From Hyphochytrium catenoides (Eukaryota; Protista; Hyphochytriomycota): a DNA stretch of 64,000 nt. A program made the position numbers and the translations under genes. Where the stretch lies: contig FLMG01004374.1 of NCBI GenBank assembly GCA_900088475.1, positions 124,001 to 188,000 of the forward strand, read 5' to 3'. Shown one piece after another: positions 24,150-37,100 of the stretch; positions within the stretch are counted from its first letter, which is position 1; every line of letters begins with the position of its first letter. The notes beneath the pieces are model-generated. The model saw nothing but the letters and a program-made list of their open reading frames with translations. It had not been told where the DNA came from and searched no databases.

Positions 24150-25159
24150 CGGAATACTCAATCTCACTTGAAGTTATACTGCTACTACTATCTAAACACT
24201 CACTCAAAGGTCCACTGTTGGCGAAGTGCACCTCTTGTAAATCAGTAACCCGTTAATAAGACAATCTCTTCACCGTCATTTTGACTACCGACACATATTG
24301 CTTTCACCCTATAACACTCCTTTATATGTAAGTGGTTCACAGCACTTCAGCCCCATTCCTCAGCTTTCTCGTAGGGAATACTCGAACTGGCTCATTCTAC
24401 TCAGGACAAGCTCTGTCTTTCGCAGTCTTCCTTCTTTCCTTCTGCGGAGATTACGTACTGTGGGACATCCTTGTTAATTATTTATGTAACCCTTGAATAG
24501 AGCTTCTATCCAGCTTGTTATTGAGTAAAGTACTACCTGAGCAGCCGAAAATAGGTTGGGGAAAGGGGAAAAATCATTCTACTGTACGATTTTACGAACT
24601 GACCGAAGTGAACGCTGTGGCCTTACATTTCTAATAAAGCAGACAACGTTTCCTAATCACCACTGCGAACGGTCAGATGACGAAGCGGTGTTACACTATA
24701 GAGCTGCTGGACCTTCGACAGCACGGTTGCCTTCGATCGCCGGTGCAAGCGACTCACCATCCAATAGCAGGCGACAAGAAGCGATGACAAGGGGATCGGG
24801 GTGTCAGGAGGAGACACCGCTAGTCCTAGGGAGTCCTCAAGCTGATAGAGTAGGGAGACGTAGTGGCTTATTGCATTCTTGGCTGGCTCCCGTCAAATCG
24901 CATACTACTGCGGAATGGGTTGACTGAGTTGACGAACATTACTGCGTGGGGAGAAGAGGGGGCCGCGTACAGGCCTTTCGTCCGTCATGCGGAGCTGCAA
25001 GGGCAGTATACTCACGGACGAGACTGGGCCTGATTTTACTCTGCAGGGAGCTCAATGGCCTCGATACAAGGCATGTATTGCATTATGAGATAAGTGACAA
25101 CGGTCTAGGTGTCTTCGAACCCCGGAGGTCCTGCCTGGAGTTCGGAAGGTTGGCTAGCA

Positions 25160-28100
25160 ATGGAGAGGGAGGAGCTTTCTGGAGATGAGGGAACCAGAGT
25201 ACTCCCATCCCTAGGTCCATTCTCCTTGTCAACTCCTACCGTCAAGCGCGGGCCACTACCGCCCTCATCAAATGGTGATGGTCTCAAGTGCCCTCCCATC
25301 CAGGTTGCGGCTCCCATAGAGACCAGGGGTACAGCCAAGCCCCTTAAGAAGCAGGTAGTTCGAAACAATCCACAGGAACCCTCCACAGAGATCGAAAGCA
25401 ACAACTCTCCCCTTCTAGAAAGAGATTATGACGGGGCTTCGGCGAATCTTCTGACTCCGACGGGAAATGAGGAAGAAGCCAAGCATGACTCGGCCCCAGC
25501 AGAGCTTACAGCGGAGGGAGAAGGGCGGGAGATCAAACCGTCCATTGATCTCGCCCTTCTTTCACAAACTATTGATACTCTTTCAGCCAAAATTAACAGC
25601 CTTGAAGAAAAGCTGAAGGAGGAAGAAAATGAGCTCACTCACCCATGGAACGGCCAACATGGCACTTCTCCAACATCCAGACCTAAAACTCAACCAACGA
25701 ACCTTCAACGTCTTCATGCGGAGCAGGCAGCTCTCAATGAACGGCGTCGTCGGCTCCAGCAGTCACGTCAGCTTTATACGCGTAGCGGGCTCGAGGAAGT
25801 GAAGAAAGAGACCCGAGAGATGCATCCGGAGCAGTCGTTGGACGAGGATGTGTTTGGGCCTGATCCCGACGGAGAGATTAATCAACGTCTTAGAGACTTC
25901 CGTCGTGTCCGATTGTCACTTTCGGCCGTACAGAAAGTACAAAGCTGGTGGCGGATGTTGAAGCCTCTCCGTGTCTTCAAAAGATATCTACGAAGACGGC
26001 GGGAGGCTAGGCGTAAAGCGTTTAGCATGATTGTGACCAGATGTAAGGCTTTGAGACTCACGAGGCGGTCTTTTAAAAGAAAAACCTTAGCGGCACTTAA
26101 AAGAGCTGTAATTGTCAGCAGACAAGAAAGGAAGAGGAAGTATGAGCTGGTGGAGAGAGTCTTCAACCGCTCGCCAGAAGTTCACAAAAAGACCTGGATA
26201 ACAAGACTCTTCCTTACCTTCCAGCTGAAAGAGCGGAAGATAGCAGAACCTACGATGACTCACCAGGAATTAGGGCAAGTTGGACAAGTGGTATCAAGCT
26301 CCCAGTCCTTATACAGGTCCAAGAACCGCCATGAGGAGCTGGCTGGTCTGGTCGACAGAGCAAAGCTGACTGTTCTGAAGTTTCTGGTGGGGGCCTGGTC
26401 CGACTACAGTGTAATGAAGAAGCGGAGAAGGTTGGAAGCCCAGACCTGTCTAGTAAGAGCGTTCAGGAGAGCTTTCTCCGTTGAGATGATGTGGCCTACT
26501 GAGAGGTAAGGATAACTCGGACTAACGTTGAAAGCAGCGGTATAGCAACGTGATAGGCATTTACAGTTTTAGAGGAAATGTAGGCGAACAGAGGGAGGGA
26601 GGAGCGAACTACAGACAGGCAGACAGAGAGATTACTATAATTTCCAAGCAACATCGTGGTAACCAGGTAGTACTAGCTTTGACACCCCCGCCACCTACTT
26701 GATTGCAGGCTCTACGTTCTTTTCACTATGTGGAAGCGGTGGTCTAAGTATAAGATATCAGAGAGGAAGGGCCTTCCAACGCCAGTCTTCCCCCATCGAC
26801 TGCGTGAATGGGACGTATGGCTCGTGCTGTTCAGTGAGAGAGTCCAAAGACTGGATAAGGCCAGCGCAATGTTCCCGCGCGCTCGGCTCAGGCGATACTT
26901 TAGGGCGGTCAAGAGACTGGTGCGGCTTACTCGAGAGAAAGCAGAGAAGGAGGATCGGGCTGCAGCCCATTACAAAGTAAGGCTTCGAGTCCAAGTCATA
27001 CAAGGATGGAACAGATACTGCAGAGCGCGGGGAAAGTCCAGGTAAGCATACTATCAACTATTGCGGCCTCACAATGCGTTGAATTTATGTTCACTCACTC
27101 TAACTCTAACTCTCCTCTGCGAATACCCTCTCCTTGTCCGTCTTCTGTCGAACGAGGAGATCTATCCCCTAGTCTTGCAACGTTCTTTTACTCTTTTTCA
27201 ACAAGCCTCCACTTATTGCCTTGGTCACAGACGTTTATTTTACAAATGCTGGAAAAGCTGGAGGCAGTACGCCCCAATGCATAAGAAGTATAGGAGGTAT
27301 CGTCCTACTGTTCTCGACTGACTCAGAGGCGAGTCTTCTATGTGCTCCTTTTATCTTTTTTTGATATTGTTGTCGCTCAGCCTAAGTTAGATCAGTACAT
27401 CCCTCTATCGCACCTGAGAAGCCACTTGTAGATCTACGCGTCTTCCTCTAGTCTCCTCTTGTCTGGGTGTGATCCGCCTCCTATCTCATATTGCTCCTTC
27501 TTTTGTTCCTCTCTAACTCCATTCACAGCACAATGCAGTCATTCATTATCTCGAAGAGAAAAGCTTACGTATGGGGTCTATGGACTCAATGGCGGAAGAG
27601 ACTTGTCGGAAGGCAAATGCTTCACCTGCACACTACTCACCGCCTTCAGCAGACTTCAAATGCAAGCACTTTGGCATCTTTTTCTCTTTCTCTTTGGGCA
27701 GGGAGAGACTTAGACGCTCGATACCTCCACTGCTGGTGGTCCATGAAGGTTTTCTTAGTGAAGAGAAGGATATGGAATCACTTCGTGCTTCTCCATCAAA
27801 AGGCAGTAGCTCAACATTACGCTTTCCTTACCTTTCACCGATGGAGGGTTGGGACGAAATACAAGCTTTTTAGCAGGGAAAATGATAGCGAGGAAGAGGA
27901 AGACGAAAGAGACAGTGAGGATTCTAGGTCGTCCTCATACTCCATGAAAAGAAAATCCTCGGTGATTTCTGCGCGTCTCTCTCTTGCCTACGCTATCACG
28001 GCCAGGAGAATGAAGCTTAAGCTACCTCCGGGAGCACAGGAAGACCTTCTTCGGTATCAGTCCTTTTACTCTCCCGAAGCGGAAAGTTTAGAGAGGGGAC

Positions 28101-31100
28101 TTGAGAAGCTGAAGGCCCTGCGGCTTAACCCTGATATAGAGATGGGTCAGAGAACAGAACGAACAGACAAACTTAGCATGCTTTATACTTTCTTCACTTA
28201 CAACGCAGAAATCTCTATGCAGGATTACGGCCTGACCATATCTCTCCCTTCAACCAAGTCGAAGAAGTCTGCTACTCCACCTCCAGACCGAGAGATCCTT
28301 CCATCCCAATCTCCCCCGCAAGGAAAAGCTAGTTTTGACAGGAAAAGTGACGAAAAAGGAGCAGTAAAAAAAGGGAGCTCGGCGGTACAGCATACCGGGA
28401 AAGAGGCGAAGATGGCGAAATCCGATGGAGTGGCCCGGAAGGCACCATCGGAAACGCCTCCTGCAGAACCTTCAACGCCTTCATCGACTGTGACACCTTC
28501 GATTGAATCTCTAATCACCGCAAACCTCACTACCATCCTGCGCTTTATATCTCTCCCTGATTTACTTCCGTGTTCGTTCCTCGAGTGTGGAGAGAATACC
28601 TCTCTCCACGATGCAGCGGACACACAGGATAACTTGAAGCTCCAGGAACTTATCCTGTCCGGGTCAGAGGTGAATGCTTGGAACCAAGATGGGGACACTC
28701 CCCTCCATCTAGCTGCTCGCCACTGGAGCGGGAAAGCTCTGCGAACGGTCATCCACCTCCTCCAAGCTGGAGCTGATTGCACTCTTACCAACGCCTGTGG
28801 TATGACTGCCGCTGATATGGCAACCAATGCCGCCGTCAAGGTACAGAGCCGGAGCATCAAAGAAGGAAGCAAGGGGAAACAGTGCATAAAGACTTATCAG
28901 CGACACCTTCTGTTTTTCTGCTTCTCTATGCTAGTATCCTTCATCGCTTCTTAGCTAATGCTCGACGTACACCAATCCTTGCTGGAAGGATAACTTGATC
29001 TTTACAATCTGAGCTCTCTTTCCCCTCTTCCTTTGGGCCTCGTTCGTCATGCCTTACTCTGTGTTCTCCCTTGTTATCTTCTTGTAGCTTCTCCTACAAC
29101 TGCACCAGCAGCGGCTGCTAACGATGAAGTTTACTAGGAAAGAGAAGATCTGGTACGGCACGAGGTTACTATGCTTAATAATCTTCCAACCTATTAGTTC
29201 TCCTGGGACTCTCCTAACCTAATTCCCTCTCCTGCCGCACAAAGGTTCATCCTTAAGCAACGGGGCCAGCTGAGACATCTTGGTGGTCAAAGCCTCTGGA
29301 GGTTGGTGACAGGTCTTCGTGTTGTGCTCCATTCGAAGAAGTCTTGGAATGGGACCCAAACAGGTAAAATCTCCCTTCTAGATTTCTCCCTAGGGTCATC
29401 CTTCGCATTGTAGATATCACAGATGCTTACGTTTGCTATGTGTTCCCGATATCCTCTCTCTCTCATCTCACTTTTTCTTTCGCCCAGCACGGTCAGGGAC
29501 TCATGTCCGGCTGATGTCGAGCATCGCAACAGTCGTTCAGTTACTAGCAGGACCAGGAAACGCTGGAAGAGATGGGCAGCAGGGCGAAAGGGTCAAGGAG
29601 GAGAAAGAGGATAAATTGCTGCTGCAATATGATCCTGAATTCGAGCAAGCGTTGCGGACCTTTTTTGTGGGAGAGGACAAGCCCAAGCCATCGTTGAAGA
29701 AGGTCTGGAACAAAATCACTTGATACAGAGGATCTATGCGACTTACTCTGCGTTTCAGTGACTATGTCGACAACTCTCTTAGCGCCGTCTCCTCTTTCTT
29801 CTCTTGTCGGAAGTTCCAACCAAAGCTGTCATATTTTTGACCTGTCTTTTAAGTTGATTATCTATATCCAGCAATGGTCATGCGCTAATATATTATCCGT
29901 GAATCCTCTTCGTCTAACCTGGTCAGGCATGGGATTATTGTTTATCTGTCACAGCCGCAAATTTTCATGGCACTCACCAGTTGAGTGAGCAGCTTGATGT
30001 CATCTCCAAAGACCGATGGGTGCGTGGGCGACCACACTGATGCTTCAGTTTTTATGCTGCTTACTATGTGTTATCTGCCGCATTTATTGGCTCACTTTGT
30101 GCCTTCTACTCTTCTATGCGAATACTCCTTCTCCAAGGTAGCTTGGGGGTGGGGGTGGGGAGTCCCACCGATAACCAAAGCTAGTCCTATACTCCCCTTT
30201 CGCACTCCTTGCATACTGCCTCTCTGGGTTCATTTGTCTCCAGGACCCACATCTGCCGTATTGAGTGATGACATATCCTACGTTGCCTTGCCATCGTTGT
30301 CCTTCTCACATTTATATAGGAGAAACTGCAACAGCGATGGGAGCATGAAAAGAAAGTTATTACTTCGGTTATCCTCAAGCAGACGCGGCAGGAAATAGAA
30401 TCAGCAATTAAGGAGGTTGTCTCGTTCAGCAGAGGAAGTAATAAAAAGGATGGCAGAGGGGTCGGAGAGGGAGGAGGTGATGGTAGGAAAGCAGGAGATC
30501 AGAAGGAGGATTTCATGCGCCATTTCAATACCAAGGGGCGAAAAGCAGAGATAGATGAAGCTGACCAGACGTCTGCGCCGGATAAAGGGAAGGAGAAGAA
30601 AAGAAAGGAAGAGGACAGGCCCTGGAGAAGAAAGCCTGCAGGAGCTTCCGCGAAGAAAGGGGAGAAAGGAGGGAGCCCGTCCTCCGCCAAGAACACCCCT
30701 CCTTCTCCAAAGAAGGCTGAGCAGTCAGCAACAGTAAGTTCCTCGTACCGTCTTCGGAGTTTTGGGCCTGCTATCTTACCGGTGTCTCTCCTTGTCAAAT
30801 TGTTTGCGTCGTTAAAGACGCAGCGCAGGTCGGGTGAGATAGTCCTGGATGTCTTTCCCGAACCATTGCGCCAAAATGCGAAGTATAACAGGGCTGAGTT
30901 GCAGTTCTCGAGCACAGAGCAGGTTCAGGAATTCTGCCAAGAGCTCTCTAGTAGAGTCAATAAGTTGAATGGTGCGACACCAACGAAGAGGGCGAGGAGG
31001 AGAAGTGGTAGTCTCTGGTTTAGCCTCCCTGGATCTGGGCCTGTGTCGTATGAACATGTAGTATCTGTTCTTGCTCTTTGCCATGAGTAAGGTCTCTTGC

Positions 31101-34100
31101 CAAAGGTTTCTGAAAGACAGTCTCTTCTTCTTTGGAGAGGTCTCTTATAGGCTTTAAGTATTTGACTTGCCGCTCCCCTCTTTTTCTCCCCTTCGTGGAC
31201 ATCTGGTAGACGATGTCACGGTCCCCAGCGTTATGTTCACAGAAGGATTGCGAAGGGACATCAGAGTGCCACCTTTCACAGGCCAAGAAGATGACGCCGA
31301 GAAGTAAGACCCTAATGCGTGAATAACAGAGCGTCCGACTGGACACTGGAGAGTTCAACTTCTTCAGTTCTTTCGTCTTTCAGCCTTTCTTATGGTCATG
31401 CCGGCCTCACCTATGCTTCAGGAGCCATAGCTATAATTTCGCACCTCTAACTATTCTCAATCCTGCATCACAGTGAGAGACGAAGAGNNNNNNNNNNNNN
31501 NNNNNNNNNNNNNNNNNNNNNNNNNNNNNNNNNNNNNNNNNTCTGGGACTGGAAGGAACATGCTTCACGCATTCTGTCTCTCCTTCCACAACTCCACTAT
31601 GAAGTTTGCTGGTACAAGAGAAAGCTTGTATCTCTCGTGGACCGAAGACGAGGAATCCTCTCTCTATTACAGAGCCTTAAAGGGCAGATTAAAGAAGCTG
31701 AGAGCCAGTCCATAGAGAGCGCAAATTTATGGACCGCCACAAGGGAGGTGGCAGAAAGTGTGAAGCAGCTAGAAGCGGCACTGGAACTATCACAAAGAAG
31801 GCTGAAGGACTTAAGGTTACATACTCCCATCAAAGACAGAGAGAGAGAGAGAGAAGAGGTCTAAATTTTGGAAAGTGAGAACCAGAAAAGAGAGAGCAAA
31901 GAGAACTTGAGGAATGCTTGCGTCACTTCCGCCACTGGATAGTGGAGAAGAAGGATCCTAATCTTTATTGTAACTGAAATCTTTCAAGTGCTCCTAGGGG
32001 TTTCTTCTTCTCTAAACACTTTCCCCTCGAGTCCTATCGTACTCGTGTTGTATGCTCTATAGAGTATCTGACTCCTCCTCCTTCTTTCGTCTGTTTATCC
32101 CTTCCATATTCTTCAGAAAGCTGGATGCGCGGGCACGAGAGGAGCTGAGCACTCTGAAGATCGCTCTGACAGCCACGAGAGATAACTTTGCCCGCGCTTC
32201 CACTGGAACAAACTTTAGAGAGATTGGTAAGGATTGTGCTTTCTCATGAGTGGAATGACTAAGACAGTGGACTTGGGTTGTTGAATAGTGAAGGCGGGTG
32301 AGGTTGAGACTCTGTGTTGAAAGGGACTCCATAGCTCAGACTGCGAGTTGGCTGAGTGGGACCCGTCCTAAATAGAGAAGGGGTGATGCTTGTTGGAGGA
32401 GACACTCGCTGCCGGTGGACGAAACTTATTTCTCGTCTTAATCGCAGACTACTGGCGTAACGAAGCAGAAGTCGCGTCCACCATGAAGGGCAGAGCTGAA
32501 AGGGAGATAACAAAACTTACTGACGAGATTCGAGCGTTGGAGAGAGAAACCTCGAAGACAGAGATTGAGGTATTGAAGCTATGATGCTCTAACGCTTCTG
32601 AAGCCTCTATTTTTGTCTATCTTTATCCAGCTTCATCCGTTCCCCTATTTTTCTCTGGTTTTATACATGTACGTACCTTAGCCATTTGAGCTGGTCATCT
32701 TCACCATCTCAATGGGGTGAGCTCTAAGGAAGAGATGGTGCTTGGTCCCCAAAAAGATTATTGCTGCTTATGACACTAGCTCCCTTTCTCACGTTGCTAC
32801 AAATCTCACCGACGCCATGTTAATAGTGGCGTGACAAGACTCGTGCTCTAAAGAGGATGACCACGCAGCACCTTACCATCATGCAAGGATTATCCGACAA
32901 GAAAGAGTTGCTGAAGCTGCGGTACGTGACGTAACTCCCCCCACTTCAGGTCTTTGGACTTCTAGATCTCTGTACTTGTGCGCCTCCTTATCCAATACTC
33001 TGGTTTATTTTCTCTTCTTATCCAACACTTGGGTGGTTGTTCTGCCCACAGCTTCAAGCATGAGGTCCAGTTGTTTGAAGACTTGGGCCACCAGGGAAAA
33101 GAGCTTAAAGCCGACATGGCGGAGGTCGAGAAAGAGATACAACGGTAATTAATGGAAGGCCAGCTGGGTAACAAGAGCAAAGAGGCTTAGGGAACTGATC
33201 TAGAAGGAAAAGAGATGACCCGCATAGGCCATTCAATTCTCAATCTATTTTCCTCTTACGCAAGGGGACAGATCAGGTTATACTCTATACCAGGCACCTA
33301 ATTCCTGCCGTCGGTTCTGGCTTTTCCAGGAGAGAGAAAGTCCTGGTAGCCATTGCGAGCGGTCTTCGCTGCCTAGAGGTTGCGATTGAATGCTTCCACT
33401 CTGGGGTAGAGCCAGACTTCGACACTCTATTTCCTCTCTCCCCACCAGTTACAACTGAAGTAGGAAAGACGACCGAACTCGAGGAGGCAGGGAAAGCTAC
33501 CGCGCAAATGGTCGAGATGCCGAAGACTCCTCCAAAAGAGGAGAAAGTCGAAGAGGCCCCCAAAACTATTGAAGACCGGCCCAAGACGCCTGAGCCAATC
33601 ACGTTACTTTCTAGCGTGGCTGTAGCAAGCAATCCTCTCACCATTCTCTCGCTCGAACAGATCGTAACCACTAGAAAGTACGCATATCTTCGTTCAACTA
33701 CTTCCTCTCTTTCCCACCGTTCTAGTCCTGCTATCTTGCTGTACTTTCAGGGTAGCTTAGTAGTTTCTGGGCCTCTTTTAATGGAGCCACCGTCCCGTTT
33801 GCTCTTTTCAACGCGTTCTTGCTCGTTCCTTTGACTTATCTTCCTTATTAACCCATCCCAGGAAACCCTCAAGCCAGAAGTTGGGAGGAACTGCGTTGGC
33901 CTCTCGCTTGTCAGGAGCGAGGCGCTCCGAGCTCGGTCCGAGTGCTTTGGGTTCCAGAGGAGGCCACAGAGGGCTCAGCCGACAGTCGAGTAGACAGTCG
34001 ATAGGCACGAGCGCGGGATTGCTACGAGAGAAAACAAAGTTAGAGAAACTTCAACAAAGCTACGATCAAAGCGTCTCTCTCGTCTTCAAAGAGACAAGAA

Positions 34101-37100
34101 AGGAGGTGGCACAGAAGGCAAAGGTAATATCTCGCTCACTCTCTTTCTCTCATATGGTTCTCTGTCGTCTCAGATGTCGGCACCTCTTCAGAGGTGAATA
34201 TCTCTTTGTCCTTTTCCTGTTGTTTAAGCCTTTTTTCGATGGCACATTGCATGCCCATTATCTTTCTTCCACATCGTCCTCGCAATGTCCATTAACTCTA
34301 AGTATATGTAGATCGAAATACCTCTCTAACTCATCCCGTCTTTGTCTAGAACCTAAACCTCTCAACTTTGGATCTGGGAGGGCCTTCCCAGGCCGATAGC
34401 ATGTCTACAACGCGAAGTAGGGATCAGACTTACTACCTCTTTCACTTGCTCCGTCCTTCACAAGCTCATTGATAGCTGCTTCTTTTTCGGATAGAAATGT
34501 AGTCCTTTCGCTTTCTTTGAGTGGTTTATCTGCTCATTCATGTTCATTTAGGCCGCTTCGTCACTTCTCAGACGCTGGTCAAGCTTGCTCTACTCTTCAG
34601 CAAACAGAACCCTCTTGTCTGGATGCGCTAGTCTCGTTCGTTTGTCCTTTGGCCACCTGTTCCATCGCCAATCACTTTGACTCACTCAGAGCCAGCGGAA
34701 CCTGTGCTGTCCCTTCCAAAAGCATTTGCACCTCCGCTCATTAGCCGAACCTCGGCCATCCTAACTGCCCTTCTCATTGCACTTTGCTCTTGCACTCTTG
34801 TCCTTAATATCTCACTGCAGCCACTGATACGAGGAATTCGAGCGCCACGCGTAACTCTGTGGATTTGAGTACTCTTTTGACCTTGGAGGCACCAGCTCGA
34901 CCTGCTGAAGTGGTAAAGCCTCCTATTGCGAACAGAAAGAGAACGGATCTGCAGAAGATTATTACAAGCAAAAAAAGCAAAGACGGAGCTACCGGAGGTA
35001 GGGTAGAACTTCTCCTCTCGGCGTTGTTGAAACAATGTTCAGTTGAACCCCTGACAGCAGTGAAGCTCTATCATGTTGCCCTATCACGCATTATGAAGTG
35101 GTGCATCCCCTAGATGCCCACTGACTTAGGATTGACCCTCGAATCTGGACCTCTACTTCTCATTGTTCTCGAAAGTGCCTGTCCTCCATCGCCTCTTCTC
35201 ACATTGCTTCCGGTCAGGCAAGCGGGGTAAAGGAAATCATCAGCATGCCAGCGTCCAAGTCGAATATAAAAAGCCAGATTGGGTCGCGGATGAAGAGGAT
35301 GAGTTGGAGGTTTCAAATGTCAATTTTCTAGATACAGCCAACTTTGGTGCGTCTAATATGACCGAGATGAGTCTCAACGGGGTTTGTTTTGTACGCCTCC
35401 CTCTGCGGTTTCCTTTTCATCATCTGCTTAGAGGTTCTTCATCAGGCAGAGACGGATTCCAGTCTTTCACTCTCTTGAGTTCTCTCTCCTGACCGTGATC
35501 ATAGTCCTTCTTATGCTTCCTATTCCAGCATTCTTTTGTTCGCTAGTCTAGATTCCTTCCTATCGCCGGACGAAGGTCCAACTTCCGAACGGCTCACATT
35601 GAGTTTGACCTCGCAGCCCTGAGCGCTAGCTCTTCTCAAGATGAGGAACAGACGACGGGAAGAAGGGTCCGCAGCGTTTTCCTAGAGACAAGCAAGAAGA
35701 CCTTAATAGGGCAATCGGAAGAAGAAGAACAGGGGGATAGGAGCCAAGAGGAGGCCGAGGCATCGGATGACGAGAAAGAGAAGAATAACTCCAGGAGCGT
35801 CACAGTCATGAAGGAGGTTGTCGACGTAGAGACAGGCGGGGACCGGTTATCCACGATAAGAGATTGGCGCTCTAGCATCTTCCTCAAAAGTGGGATCGTG
35901 AATGAGGCGGGTTGGAAAAAGGGCACCTTAAACCCTTCGATCTTGGGCCGTGCAGGTGCTGCCTAGATATAGATTTCTCCTCCTCCGGGTCAACAACCCT
36001 TGTGACCCTCTCCCGTGGTTCTTGGTTGTTATCCGCTTGGCTTAACATCCTATCCTCTTGCTCTTTGCTACTGCTTGTCTCCTTTAGATTCTCTCCTGCA
36101 GGCAGCAAATTCCGCTTCTGGTCACATCCCCACTCTTCCTCGCTCGAAGACTTTTCTGGCGCTTTCAAGCTCCAAAGGTCAGCTTTTGGATGTTCCCCAG
36201 AAAGCTAAGGGAGAGATAGATGAGACAGGAGTTGCAAATGAAGGAAGGAGTACGAAGAAACCCCTCTCTCTTAACGAGCTTGCAAGGGCTAAAGATAGGG
36301 AGGCATCCCTCGGGGAGAAGGGTGAAGGTGAAGAAGTGGTACAAGACCAGAAGGTCCCTACACTCGCTACTCCGTCCGATCTAAAAGATGAGCCAGAGCT
36401 TAGAGAATCAGAAGAAGCAAGAGAGCCCATGCCTAGCGGTATGTGTCCCTTTCTAGCTGTTAGAAGGTTCAGGAGAATGATGTGATATGAGATACAGCTA
36501 CTAGCTGTTATTAGCGAACGCTAAATTGTAGTGCCCTGCGTTGTGAGGACAGGACGAGGTAGAGAGGGTAGACAGAGAAGGACTCTGAATGATGTCTAAG
36601 TATGAAGAAGAAGAGGCTATTTGTCCGAGAGAGGAGCAAAGAGGTTCTGTAGGAAGGGTTGGTCGGCCTATACTAATCAATTTCGATCACAGGCGTTGTG
36701 AGGCCCTTGACGGTGATTGACAAAGAGGTATTGCCAGAGGAGTGCGAGAAGGCGACAGCTGTCTCCGTTTTCCCGAGCGGTCGGGAAGTCCTTGAGAGTC
36801 TCCAACTGCCTCTATCCCCGATGGCCACGCTCTCTCCCTCCTCTCCAGGTAAAGAGGAGGTGCCAAATCCATACCCTGGTAGTGACCGAAAGGTAAGAAT
36901 CCGGCAAAACTGTTCTAGCCTTCGATCGCGCTTTCCTTTGAGCATTTCTCTCTCACAATATTCGCTAGAATGCACTCACCCGCTTCCAGCTGCCTAGTAG
37001 TTGGGGTCCTCTCCCTAGCTTTAACCTATATATGAGGGATGGGGTCCTCGATCCAAGCTTTTGATCTCCTTTAACTTTTGTTAATAACTCTTCTCGTATT

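Noticed and set aside
28225-28887. 220-aa minus-strand ORF and similar antisense ORFs (e.g. 38081-38488, 30499-30915, 18391-18843)
   Set aside because: Antisense shadows of real exons on the opposite strand, with no independent motifs.
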